Part shown: positions 40,801-53,799 of the stretch, piece by piece
Numbering within the stretch: position 1 is the first letter of the stretch
Layout: each line of letters begins with the position of its first letter
Assembly (NCBI RefSeq): GCF_000181795.1
Contig: NW_003526943.1
Span: 4,841,081-4,905,080, forward strand
Source of the DNA: Trichinella spiralis
Lineage: Eukaryota
DNA: 64,000 nt
Reading direction: 5' to 3'
Program-made: the position numbers and the translations under genes
The notes under the pieces: model-generated
What the model was told of the DNA's origin: nothing
What the model saw: the letters and a program-made list of their open reading frames with translations, nothing else
Databases searched by the model: none

Positions 40801-43800
40801 ATAAGAAACAGAAAACTTTCCCACCACAGTATTCTAATTCTGAACGTAATTTTTCAACCTTTCCTTTTTTCTTTGTTGCGATTGAAAAAATGAGTTCAGG
40901 ACAAAAATTTCAGACTTTCATGAGGAAACCAAGTATTAAACTGCCTATTAGAATGAACGTTTTACAAGTAAAATTTATGCCAAACATGATCATGTGTATA
41001 TTTTGATTGATCACAAATGAGATACAAAAAATCAAAAATTTCTATTACATATTATTATTTTATGAAGTAATATGATTGTTTAAATTTGAAAGAAAAAATT
41101 TTTTTCGATATTTAGTGAAGTAATCAATGTACAACAAAAATAGAAAAAGTATTCAGAAAAGATTGGTAATGATTTCAATAAGCAAACGATTAAAAGAAAC
41201 TTATTGCTAATAATCAGTGTTTGGAAAAAAAATCTTTTTACACAGCAGAAATAATTTAAAAAATTTAAAACAACTGATTTTAATTAAATGCAAATATTTT
41301 TACCTTTCAAAAAAAATAACTTATAATTTCAAATATTAATTGTCAACAAGTGTGTATCAGCTGTAAATGGAAATGCAAATAATTTCCCTTTTGATTTATT
41401 CAGAAACGAGAATAAACGAGAATATGGAAAAAAGAGCAGATCAAATAAATTTGTAAAGTGATAATGAAAAATTTTCAACAATTGCAACAAATGGAACATT
41501 CCCATTTAGTGGCCACCAACCAGCATGGCTTGTAACCAGCCGTTGGATTGAAAATTGTGAAAAGCAGGTAACATGAAAAAGAAGAGAGAGAGAGAGAGAA
41601 CGAGAGTTAATAAGAACAAAAAGTCCATATTCATACTTGGCCTGAAGATGAAATCTTGAAGCACAAGAATTTTGATCATTGCTTTCAAAAGCGAGCAGTT
41701 GAAACGCTCTAATTTTATATACAACACGACGGGATACTGTCGTAACAACTGTTGATTTTCAATCGCTGAAAAAGCAGAACAAATATCACGAGACACAAAT
41801 ATAAATTGTTGCTGATAATTGGTCAAATTTTTAGAAAATGCTTCTACAGCCTTGCAAAAATTGTCCAATCTTCCAGCTTGCAGGCGAATGCTACTTCATC
41901 ACAATATGATGCATTATATATGCACTTTGCTACCCTTTTGCAAACTTTTGCACAAAGCACGACAACTTCAATGAATGCTCATAATAATTTTAACAATATT
42001 AAGTATATAAACTTAAAAAATGAATTCCATTCAATTGAGATTTATAACTCGGCAAGTTAATCATCATTTTGGAAATAACCAAATGTTCCATGATGAGAAA
42101 TCATTTTTCATCATTTAATTTCATCATTTTTGAAATTTGGTGAGTGTATGAATTTGTATTCCATTTGCAGTGCATAGAATAAAAAGATTAAATAGAAAAA
42201 ATTAAAAAGCACAAAAAAGAAATGACTTTGAACGAGATAATTTATTTCTTTGAGAGGGCTTTATCTGTTTTAGCGGTTTAGCAAAAAAATAATTTCATAT
42301 CATAAAATACCTTGCAAAGTTTGCAAGCAGGCTTTATAATAAACTGTACAATAATGTCGCAGGTTGGAGACAAAATGAAAGATGCAATAGGTTGAAGAGT
42401 TTCTCAATATTTTTAAAACGACATATGACAATGTTTGACACTACCAAAAATAGAAAAATTGCATCATTTCTATCAACAACGTAAAATGAACATTCTGTAA
42501 AAGCATCGTCGTCGCTATTCGATCAATCATAATTAAAATGCATTGTAATTTTGTGCAAAAATAACTGCATACATGGAAATGCATTGAAAAGCAAAACACT
42601 TTTTAAAGATATTCAATAATACCAAATGAAATATTGCTAATTTATGAAAACATCAAAGTTAAAAACACTTTAAACGTATTATTAGCATGCTCGTATGCGC
42701 TAGATATTATAATATACAAATTATACAAGAACACTTGTATATAATAAAGGTTTCACATTTCAAGATAAAAAATAGGTAAATAAATTATAATATTAAAAAA
42801 TAGATAAATTATTATTCATTTTATATATAGTAATGTATTGCCAGAATTGAACAAATAAGCATTTATTGTAAAATTATTAGTTTATTTCATTATGATTCAT
42901 TTCATTCCGCGAGCTCAAAAATTATTTGCCAATTGTCGGCAGTAGAAGTACACGTTGTTAAACATTCTTAAATAAAGAAACGATATGAAAATCACCGCCT
43001 GATTATTGATATATATGAAAAAATTATAAAACTGCTGTTATATAATTATGTATGTACGTCTGTAATATGTAAATTATATAATACTGCTAATACGGACTAG
43101 CCAAGAAATGAACATGTTTTGTGTGAAATATTGAAATTGAAATTTATAAAAACAAAATATATTCAATGCTAAAGAGTTTAAAACTAGTAAGAAAAATGAG
43201 CTAATAAATTTATAATCAACAATTGATTGCATAATTTCAAGTTGCTAGTTTTGCATGTATGCCAAGGTGCAGTCTCGCCTTGGATCTTCACGTCAGATCT
43301 AAACTGCTGCTAGTGTTGTGAAACAAATGAATTATATTTTTCTTTGTAAATCATCCATCTAATAAGATAAAATTCAGAATAAAAACAATACACACTGGAT
43401 GATGCAGCTGACGCTTAAAAATGGCCTTTTTCTTCTTCTGCTGTTTAATTTGCAAATTATAATTGCCATTTTTATGGTTGCTTTCAGGTTACCCATGACA
43501 GATGAAAATAATTGAATGCCTCATCGTTCGTTTAGACAGCTACACAAGTGGTTCATGTTGAATAACAAAAATCAACCAATTTCTTGCTCGTAGCCAATAA
43601 TATATATTCAAAAGGAAAACTGTAAATTCAACATTGGGTCATAGTAAATTGTTCAGTCTGTTCAACAATTCCGTTAATTTTACGTAAATTTTCCGTCAAA
43701 AATTCAAAAAGCATTTTCGAAAATTTTAAAAAATGATATAGTTTTAATTAAACTGATTATAGCATTTTAAATACAATACAGTTTCAAGCTCACCGTCAAC

Positions 43801-46192
43801 GATTAACAGATTTTCAAAGCACAAAATGCCTAATGATTGCCTCCAAATCTAAACAAGGCGATACTAGCGAACAATAAACTGCTTTAAATTTTAAAATTGT
43901 CTAAACCAAGACAAAAAATCAATTAATATTCAAGTAATTTACTTTTAGAATAAAAAGGGAAAAGTGTGTTGCTAGTGGGAAAAGTGTATTGTTCATAAAA
44001 CCAAAATTATTAAAATTTATCCATTTCCACTATTAAAGTGGAATGTTCGACAAGAAATAATGTTGATAATGATAATAATAAATCTTTCATAAAAACAATG
44101 TTCACGTTCTATTGAAAATATATTATACTTTTAAATAAACAATTATTAAAATGAATTCAATAGATGATAGATGATTTAAAATTATAAGAAAAAGAATAAG
44201 AATAAAAAAATTTTCATTAAACGCTAATGCTACTGAACAACATAACGGCCATTGTAAAAAATGCCAGAATTAACATAAAACAAAGCTTAAATATTAAGAT
44301 AAAATAAATTCTCACACTTTTAATAAGAAAATATTAATAACTTATTAATGTTTGAAAAATAATCTACCTTATATTCGGTCGGGTAAAGGATTTCTCAAAA
44401 TGAGAAGCTATAACGATGCAAAGTGAAAAACGTAAACATGAATAAAAGGCAAACATGTGGAAAACATTATTGAGTTGAAAATATGAAAAACAGCCGACAT
44501 TTCTCATCAATATCATTCATCAATTTATGAATGAAAGATCCAGCGATGAAAAAATCATCGCAAACATTTTATGCGTTATGAACCGTTCAGAGTCAGTGAG
44601 CCAATTTCATGCATGTGGAATTTTTGAAATATTATAAAAATGTATCAATTAAAATTGATTAAATTAAAAACAATTAAATAAATAATTCGTTTTTTCAAAA
44701 GAATTCCATCTTTTTGTATCAATTCCGTGGAAAATTATGCAAATTAGAAATATAAATTGGACAATCGCTTTACGCATTCATTATTGAAGTGTTGTAAAAC
44801 AGAAAAAGAAGAATAATTAATTGCAAATTAAATTTTAATTAATTGTTCAAACGTTGGAAAGAAATTCAAAAATTGCATGATTGAATGGATGTTTTTCAAT
44901 ACTAATCATGTGATAATACTAAGAATGCTGTTCATTCAAACAAGCAGATAAAAAAAAATATTTTTGCAACGTTAAACATTATCACAAACAACAAGAGAAA
45001 AAAGCAGAAATCAATTCAGCTTTATTTCAATAAATGAAGTGAATAAAATTGAAAAATTGAATATCAAAAGAACAACATTTTTGAGGTCTGACTTTTGAAT
45101 ATCAAAAGAAGAAAAAGAAAAATACCGTATTGAATAACAATTAGTATAAATATTAGTTAAATTGATAAATAAACCCAATTGGGAAAATTTGAACAGCAAT
45201 TTAATTATTTCTTTGCATCTATCTTCGTAAATAAAAAAAATTGCTGTTCTTAATGAGAAAAATTTCCCACCAACAGCAGTGAACAGACAGAATTATCGAA
45301 TCAATTTCAATTTATTTAACAGAAGATATTTCTTTTAATTGAAAAAAAAATTTCAACATGCAATTTTCAATGTATTCATAAAAATAACTGAAGCGATGAT
45401 TGGAAATTTTAATTTTGTTTTTCTCTTGATCCATTGATTGAACAATTATATTACACCAATTCAATTACAATTACAATTAGCAGTTTTGACGATGTTGAAT
45501 TAATAATAAAATTCTATTCATATTTCATGAATTTTTTCAAAACATATTTGACAAAAGTTGATTTATTTATTTATTTATTTATTTAAAAAAAATAATTTGA
45601 TTTTTTGGACTCACTTAAAAAATCAATTATTGAAGTTGAAAACTTTGCTTGCATCACAGATCGCAAGAGCATCGTTGTGAGAAAGAGAAAAAGAAATCAA
45701 TGGATGAAAATGAATAAGATAAGGAAGAGGAAAAATTTGAATATATTAAAAGTTTTCAAAAAGAAACAATAGTCGATTATTGAAAGTGATCATCATTAAA
45801 TATGCATATTTTTGTGTGTTTGTTGTGTGTGTGTGTGAGGGGGGGGGAGTGTGACGCAATTTTCAAAACGACACCAACGCTGAGCAACAAAACGTTTGTG
45901 AAATTTGAGTGAAACATATTTTCCAATTGTTTCTAACAAATCGCCAACAACACGTTGTGTTGACGGCTTTCAAAGCGCAAAAACTCACTGAATCCGCGCA
46001 TCCAGCCGGCATCTTCGCATTCACAACTTCCCATCACACAAACATAGTAAACAAACGATTTCACATCATATGACGTATTTTTTGAAAACAACAAACAAAC
46101 AAACAAACAAACTTACTTGCAAATTTCACCAGTGAAAATTGATAATTCAAAATTTCACAAATAACATCAATGAAAAAAAAGGAAACTTCCAT

Positions 46193-49060
46193 TTACGTTG
46201 AAAAAGTACAAATTCCGTTGCACACACACTCTGCACAATTACAAATCTCGTCCACTGATACGCCTACCGTATGAAAATTCAATTGCTTCACACACACACA
46301 CACACACTGCTTGAGTTTTCTAGCAAATTTCCAAAACAAAAAAAAGCAATTAGCATAAAAGCAAAAATTACATTTAAAAAGCTACAACTATTATATAGAA
46401 AAGTCGAAACAGAACATCAATGATCATTTTTGCATTTGCACAGAACATTTTCACAAAATCAATAACGCTTATGCAGAATGCTGCTTTTATTTTATGAAAA
46501 GATAATGAAACATCAACATAATTTTTGCAAACATCGTTGGCAAAAGAATACACACGATACATAAATTTCCCAAAACCTTTTTTAAATGCATATAAACTAT
46601 ATTGCAAATAACTCTCTTAAAATATGCACATGTATCATAAATTTTTCAAAAAAACTTGATAAAATTTATAAAATGATCTTTTTCTCTTTATTAATCATCA
46701 AGCGTTAAATCGAGCATTCCTAAAAGTGCAATTATTACTTTTCAACGACAGAAGCAATTGCTGTACGGGATAAATAGATTTGTAAAATAACATACCACTC
46801 GGAATGCGTGCAGGAATTGGGATCATTTTTGGTCGGCGATTGTTCTGAGTTTGGTAATTGTGAGCACCTGGAAGTGCATCACCTTCGTCCATTGTCGAAT
46901 CAGAGCCAGTGGACTGGTGCTGTCGCTGTTGCATTCGAACTTTCGGTGTCGACGTACGCTTGAAGTCCATATAGCGCCCCTGCTTAGCACTGCTTGCAGC
47001 AGCCGATCTGGCAAAGCATCTGAAATTATCGCTCATACTGTCCCAGAACGTCGACTGTGCACCCTGAGTCGTATTCTCCTACAATAAAAAATTCAAATTT
47101 GCAATAAAACAACTATGCAAATTATGCAAAAGCTGAAAATTATACAAAATGGGAAAGGCTTTTGTCCATCTGTGGTCAAAAAATATAAAACTGTCGGCTT
47201 GCTTACTTTTCTGCTGCCGTTTAATACGCTTGATGGTTCTTGTTCATCATCGGCAACACTAGCAAAGCGATTCTGTTCATCTTCTACATCCATTTTCTGA
47301 TAAATAAACATCATTTTATAAAAGTAAATTTCCCATCATACTTTTCATATCAATTTCAAATAAAATACTCAACATGCAATCAAACCATTTATTATTATTA
47401 TTATTACCATCATGTTACTTAATAATCGCAAATGTTAAAATAAACTTGAGCTTTTTCCTCTATTCATACTGATAATAACTGTAAAAATATAAAATTATTA
47501 CGCAACAACAACAGCAGTGCAATCAACATTGAACATAATCTAACAGGTAATAAAATCAAAAATTTTCATTCTTATTAAAAATAATTCCGTATAAAAAATT
47601 TACTTGATTTCTTTCCGATGTCTGTTCTTCCGCTTCATAATTTTTTACCATTTCACTTACAGCCACATCTATATTCAAAGAATTCAGCCAAAAGAGAATG
47701 AATTATGAATTCATAATAGAAAGATAAATTAGAAATTCATTTTAAATTTTCAATGCCTACTTAAAGAAGATGCGGCACCGCTTAATGAAAACAAAACATC
47801 GTGATAAACCTTCAGCGCTAAAATAAGAAAATAAAAAATTACAAATAAATAAATAAATATCATTAGAATATATTAAAAATAAACTTACACAATAATCGTA
47901 CTTTTTCAGATGAGAAATTCAGTTTGGCCGATTCATTTATATCATCTATCACGCAATATACATCACCAAGAATGGGAGCTTTCAATGACAAGCCCTCATT
48001 TGGTGAAAAACTACAGTTTTGAAACAATTTACTCACCGCCATATCAACAACACTATATCCACTACCACAATAGTAAACTTTTCCACATTCAATAAATAAT
48101 CTGGAATGATCTGATTGCCGGGTCTTCAGTGCCATTAACGCTGCAATTTCTCCTTTTAAATTTGACAACTTCAAAACAGCCTTAGCAGGTTGAGCATCAG
48201 AAATCGCATTTTCAATTTCCTGAATAAAACACATCTTATTTTTTCACTGAGCCGTTACATTTAAAAAACTGATAATAAATATTTTCATACACTTAGCTGG
48301 CAAAGAAATTCGTAATGCGGATCTCTGGATCTGATTAAAGGTAAAAGACTTTCATCTGGCATACGCTTGAATTCAGCAATTGCATCGGCAGCCAGAGCCT
48401 TGCTTTCTGTAATTTTTTCATTTCTAAGGGAAGTCATTTCACGCAGCAAAAATTCTAATGTAATAAGAACATCATTCTTTGGCATAGATTTCAACTGAAC
48501 AGCATATTTCGCGAAAAACTCTTTCAATATTGGAGACTGCTGCAATTTTGTACTCATGTAACGATAACCATTCTTCAATGCCTTGATAATTGTATGCACA
48601 TGTTCCACGGATTCAAAAGTGTTCATTACTTGTTTAAGAGCATAGAGAAACTAAACGAGCAAAATAAAAATCTATAATTTTAATTTATAATAAAAGAATA
48701 CCGATTGATCAAAAAAAGAATCATTTTCAAAATTAAATGTAATGTATCAAAAATATTATCCACAATCGCACTTATTCAACATTACTTTTTTCTTTGACAA
48801 GTAATGTAACACATTACTGAAATGTAATGTGTGCATTCACAATCAACGTTATATGAGGAATTATTTATTTCATTATTTCACTATCATTATTCATTATTTT
48901 ATTTTCAATTTTTTAAAAAAATACATCGAAAGATATAATATATAAATCAATAAATATAGAAGCAACAAAAAATAAAAAATAATGCACAAATTATGAAATG
49001 GTAAAAAGTACTTACATTCTCGAATTCTTTACTTTCTACAGCAGTTTGTTTCATCTTCAT
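46193..49060 (-). CDS. Divergent DAXX-like protein (helical bundle plus histone-binding-domain-like region), about eight exons; last exon uncertain
   Basis: Phase-consistent exons 49060-49016, 48650-48291, 48219-47889 and 47817-47761, plus further exons to about 46796. They give SKEFENFLYALKQ..TIIKALKNGYRYMSTKLQQSPILKEFFAKYAVQLKSMPKNDVLITLEFLLREM and KVYYCGSGYSVVDMAVSKLF..PILGDVYCVIDDINESAKLNFSSEKVRLLSLKVYHDV. These align by eye with the two DAXX domains in the correct order. Confidence 0.72.
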
Positions 49061-49409
49061 ATGTGATTGAAATTCTATGCAGATAAAATTCAAAAAATTC
49101 AAAACTAACGAGTGCTTAAAAATTTTTCTCGCTCAGCACAGTAATTTCAATAATCAAGTAAGAATCATACTGTTGCTGATTTCACATATTACTATAAATA
49201 AAATTTGAAAGAAAATTTATTGTTAATTTCATAAATTCTTTGCTATTTCACAATGTAATAATTCTCCGACAGCTAAGATTTCATTTTAGTAAAATGAATT
49301 TCTTAACGACAATAATCACGCAACCTGATACTCAATTATAGTAAACTATATCTCTTAACGTCAGACGCAATTTTGATTATACGCACGCGATTGTCCCGCG
49401 TGCACAATC

Positions 49410-50720
49410 GAGTGTGAATCAAGAAAACCCACTCGATTAGTCGCACTGTTTATTCAATGCAAAACAAAAACAGAGGCGCAAATACCTTAATGTAAGATCA
49501 TAACACAATTCACTAATCAGAAGATACAAAACCATTTAACCTGTTCGTCACCAGCAACCACACCCGCCGCGTTGGCAATTTCTTTAATTACTGTATTAGA
49601 GAAAATCAAGTCACTGAAGTACAGTACTAGTACAGTTATCAACAGACCACCCCTTTTTCTCAGAAGGACGAAGTCCATCACTCTGATCCAGATGGCTCTA
49701 GCAGTACTAGGGAGTGCACTGAGTTAGTTATCAGATCACGTCGTCGTGACACTGGTGCAACTCCACAATCTGTCCAGGCTAAGACTGAGTACGGGGGTGT
49801 TCAGTTCGAAAACCAGGACGACGTCTCCAATATTTGGATGCTACTTGAGCGTTCTTCACTTATCTCTTGACGAGTACGTCACAAAGTATTCCCGCATCCA
49901 GGGCGTCAACAAGTGCTGTACCAGACTTTTCTAGTTCCTCCATCTTCAGTGCAGTCTAGTCAGGGCAGTCGCCCTGCACTGGCCTTCCCTCGCGGTCTCA
50001 GTAGAAATATAATGAAAATTCCGGTGTGATTAGTAAGTGCGACGACGTCAGCAGTAGCTGGTCATCTGATCTGTCACTCACGATGGTCAACTGGCGATCG
50101 CTTTTTTTGGCCTCGACATCATACAACGACATGTGAAGTTCATCAGGTTTTGCACGGCAACAGCCGAAGAACTTGCGGTACGCGACTTTGGCAGAACTCA
50201 CCAAGCGCTCCATCACACCACGGCGCCAATTCCGCAATCAACTTCCATTCTATTCTCTCCAGTGCCAAAGTATCCTAGAACATCTTCTACTTGTGGTTGT
50301 AAACATCTGGTCAGATGGAAACTGCGGAAGTTCTCCGATGGCATTAACTTGGAACGACCACGTAGCAAGATGAACCAGCATAATGCCCTAAGAAAGCTAT
50401 GCACCGTTATATCTGCTATTATCTCGAAATGATTGCACCTAACAGGCATTCACATAAAAACGCACACCAACATTTTATGAAACAATAGCAGGCACCAACA
50501 CCTCTGGCAAGGATGGGAGGATCAAAGTCAATTCCTACTGCTGGTTCAGTTCTTTCAAGTGGCAGGGCGTTCATCAACTGATCAAATGGTTTCCTTGTCA
50601 TCCTTGGACAGACCACACATTTCGTCACCACTTCTTCCGTCGGTTATTCAAAGGCTACCATTAGTGGAAGTCAGCGTTTGACTTACATGGCTATGCAGCC
50701 GCTGTGGGATTTCTACAACG
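49410..50720 (-). mobile_element. BEL/Pao retrotransposon 3' remnant: decayed integrase, polypurine tract and 3' LTR
   Basis: Pao integrase motifs CVVCPRM..KPFDQLMNALPLER..VGIDF, SFLRAL..RGRSKLMPSENFRSF and GVMERLVSSAKVAYRK. On the minus strand GAGAAAAAGGGGTGGTC precedes TGTTG (LTR start 49644), with AATAAA further downstream. The LTR end is approximate. Confidence 0.88.
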
Positions 50721-51146
50721 TGATGTTGCAACCCACTACAACATCTTACCGAAGAGTATTTTGAGGCATTATGCAGCAATAACAAAACACCAGAAAAAAT
50801 TTGAATTTTATTTTTTACCTTATAAATTACCAAAAAGCAATTTAAATTAAGAAATAAACAAAATGTTGATGAAGTTTTATGCCAAATTAGAATGAAAATT
50901 TAAGCACTATAGGAGTAAGAAAATTCATAAACTTTTGACAATATGATAATAACATTTAAAAAATTATGAATGAAATTATTAATGAAATGTGCAACAGAAA
51001 CTGTTGGATCAGTAGATCAATTATGTTGTTTCATTCACAAAAAATGACAGCAACATCAAAACAGTTAAAATTTATAAATATAATTGCATGTTTGCTCTTT
51101 TGCTGCATCGGCATTTTTTACTGGAAGCAGCAAATGGCGTGGTGCT

Positions 51147-52820
51147 TCATTCTGATTGTGACAAGCTTTCCACGGCATGTTCATTAAGGAGCTGTTCATG
51201 GGAAAGGAGAACGGGTAAACTGTTGAAGATGATTTCCATCTGACGTTCCCAAAACTGCAAATCAGCACGTTGAATTACATTCACGTTGTCTTCATCGTAC
51301 GGATAAATTTTAAGCAAATAATCAATACATTCAAATGCTTTCCAAATTCTGAAGTTCAATGTGCTAAGCACATCATTCTCAGCACGCACTGTAACTCTCC
51401 ATGTATGCTCTTTTTCATATTCCACATGGATACGGCATTCACAAATTTTTTCGATCGCTTTTACGGTAAAACCATGAGGACCAATTATTCTACTTCCAAT
51501 ATCAAATGGACAGCGCCAAGTTGAATACATTTTAATAGAATCTATTTTTTCTGTTTCTCCACTTGGTTGAGGAGGCGGAGCGTGAAGAACATTCTGCAAC
51601 ACTGGCAATGATAGCAAATTCTTCATATGGTAAAGCAGTAGATTTTCTTCAAGCTTTGTGAACATATTCAGTACATTTCGCATCGTTTCATAATTCTTCT
51701 CACTTAACAGATCATTCACAGAATCTGTATCAGAATGATGCAGATATTGAATGGGACAGCGACTCTTGAACAATTTATACTGGTTTTTATAGAATTCCAA
51801 ATCATTGTATTGAATTGCTTTTACCGCATCTTCTTCAGTGGGAGGAATTTCAAGTAAACGATTAATGCATTCAAATGCTTTCCAAATTGTTAAATCTACA
51901 ATGCTTCTAAAATTTTTCTCAGTGAACACTTCTATTTGCAGAACGTTGATTTCTTTCCATCGTAGATGAATGCGGCATTTACAAAGTGTCTGAATCACTT
52001 TTATGGTTAAACCGCGAGGACCGATTATTCTGCTTGAAATGCTAAATGGATAGTTCGAAGCTGAATAAATCTTCATGGCGTATCCCATATGAACTTTACC
52101 AATTGGTGGTGGCTGTGGAATGCAAAAAATCTTCTGAAACATTGGCAATACTAACAAGTTGTTCATGTGATAGGTCAGCATTTGCTTTTCCAATACTTTA
52201 AGCATTTCCAATGAAAATCTTTTACCCACTGAGTAATAGTCACTTGAAACAGTAGTTACATCACTTATATCAGAATGATGCGGCTGCTGAATGGTATAAC
52301 AATTGTTGATGATTTCAACATGATTTTCATAGAAATTGAAATCATCAAATTGAATTGTTTTCACCATGTCTTTTCCTGTAGGATAATATTGAAGCAAAGA
52401 ATGAATGATTTGAAATGCTCTCCAAATTTTGAAATTCACAGTGCTCTCGTAATCTGGTTCAACAACTATCTGGATTTGCAGCAAGTTATCTTCTATGTAA
52501 TTCAGCTGAATGCTGCATGCACATAATTTTTGAATAGCTTTTACAGTGCAGCCACGAGGACCAATTATTCTGCTTCCCAAATTGTACGGCAAGTCAGAAG
52601 TTGAATAGCATGCTTTTGCGAACCCTTTTTTAATTTGTCCACTCGGCTCAGGCGTCGGAATTTGAATAATCTTCAGAAACATTGGCAATGCAAGCAACTT
52701 GTTCACATGATGCAGCAAAATGTGCTCTTCAACGTTAATTATTAGCTGTCTGATGAATTGTTCGGTGGAATCATTGTCGGCTTGCTTCACCGTACTGCTG
52801 AGCTCATTTAATGCAGCCAT
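51147..52820 (-). CDS. Intronless protein with three tandem STAR-type KH-QUA2 modules
   Basis: Open frame with three units at an exact 540-bp period. Each has SRIIGP(R/H)GxT(V/I)KxI..C.C.I and a QUA2-like D.V..IQ..D helix. Likely start MAALNEL (52820); the frame is open to 52892. Confidence 0.9.
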   Translation of the reverse strand: MAALNELSSTVKQADNDSTEQFIRQLIINVEEHILLHHVNKLLALPMFLKIIQIPTPEPSGQIKKGFAKACYSTSDLPYNLGSRIIGPRGCTVKAIQKLCACSIQLNYIEDNLLQIQIVVEPDYESTVNFKIWRAFQIIHSLLQYYPTGKDMVKTIQFDDFNFYENHVEIINNCYTIQQPHHSDISDVTTVSSDYYSVGKRFSLEMLKVLEKQMLTYHMNNLLVLPMFQKIFCIPQPPPIGKVHMGYAMKIYSASNYPFSISSRIIGPRGLTIKVIQTLCKCRIHLRWKEINVLQIEVFTEKNFRSIVDLTIWKAFECINRLLEIPPTEEDAVKAIQYNDLEFYKNQYKLFKSRCPIQYLHHSDTDSVNDLLSEKNYETMRNVLNMFTKLEENLLLYHMKNLLSLPVLQNVLHAPPPQPSGETEKIDSIKMYSTWRCPFDIGSRIIGPHGFTVKAIEKICECRIHVEYEKEHTWRVTVRAENDVLSTLNFRIWKAFECIDYLLKIYPYDEDNVNVIQRADLQFWERQMEIIFNSLPVLLSHEQLLNEHAVESLSQSE

Positions 52821-52926
52821 CTTGGTACTGTTGTGGAAACTGAAGGAGTAAGAGAATGGAAATTTCAACATCAAATAACTTATTCTTTTCAACTACGAAG
52901 GAAGTAGTGCCGTTTAAAGTGAATAT

Positions 52927-52991
52927 TTTAAACTCAGTTTTGTTTAAACTGAGTTTTGTTTAAACTAAGTTTTGTTTAAAGCTGTTTAAAC
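52927..52991. repeat. 16-bp tandem repeat x3 plus a partial unit (TTTAAACTNAGTTTTG)
   Basis: Units at 52927, 52943 and 52959 differ only at N. Confidence 0.9.
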
Positions 52992-53294
52992 AAAGGCATT
53001 TTTCTTCAGTTATTATATTTAAAAGTTTCTATATATTTATTAATTTTAAAAAATTTTGATGAAAAGTAAAAAAATATTATTATATACATATATTTTATTT
53101 CATTTGGCTTAATTATTACTGTTTGTTTAAAATCAAATCAGTAAATCAGCTCTATTAATCATCTCGTGGTGCTCACGTTGAATTATAATGAAATTTACGA
53201 AACGTTTCTACGTTACCGAAACATAAATAAGCACTGAATATAACTGAAATTTATATCATTTTCAAATTTACTTATATAGCAGCAATTCAGGATA

Positions 53295-53780
53295 TGAAAT
53301 ACATAAATATGAAATATGAATGTAATGAATGAATACAGTGAATTTTTACTTTCAGTAGTGATTGAGAAGGGTTTTGCTGAATTGCTAATTGTTAAAAAAG
53401 TATATTTATAATTTGTATTTTGCTTTTAATAAATTTACTTCTATAGCCAGCAAAGCAGACTATTCAGCTTACATTCATGCATTTATAGACTTAGTCATTT
53501 TTAACTATACATTTTTAGAACAGTTTAATAAAAAATTACTTATGTGGAATTCAATTTTGTCAACTGAATAGATCTGTCATGCATAACAAAGATTTTTAAA
53601 TATTTTTCAATTTTTTCTCAACAAAACCTATATTTCAAAATTGAATTTACAAAAAGATATGATTGAATGACCGAATTTTCACAATCCTTTATTGCAAAAA
53701 AGGTAGATAAATTTCATACAACAAATTGTTGTACTAAATTTTTGTCACGGAAATCACATGGATTTCTTTTAACTGAAATG
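53295..53780 (+). repeat. Dispersed triple-hairpin repeat copy
   Basis: Colinear with 2790-3260. Confidence 0.9.
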
Positions 53781-53799
53781 TTGCAATGAACTATCTGAC

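Noticed and set aside
41506..43900. Short ORFs and small hairpins in the AT-rich interval
   Set aside because: No coherent spliced model or known RNA family could be supported by eye.
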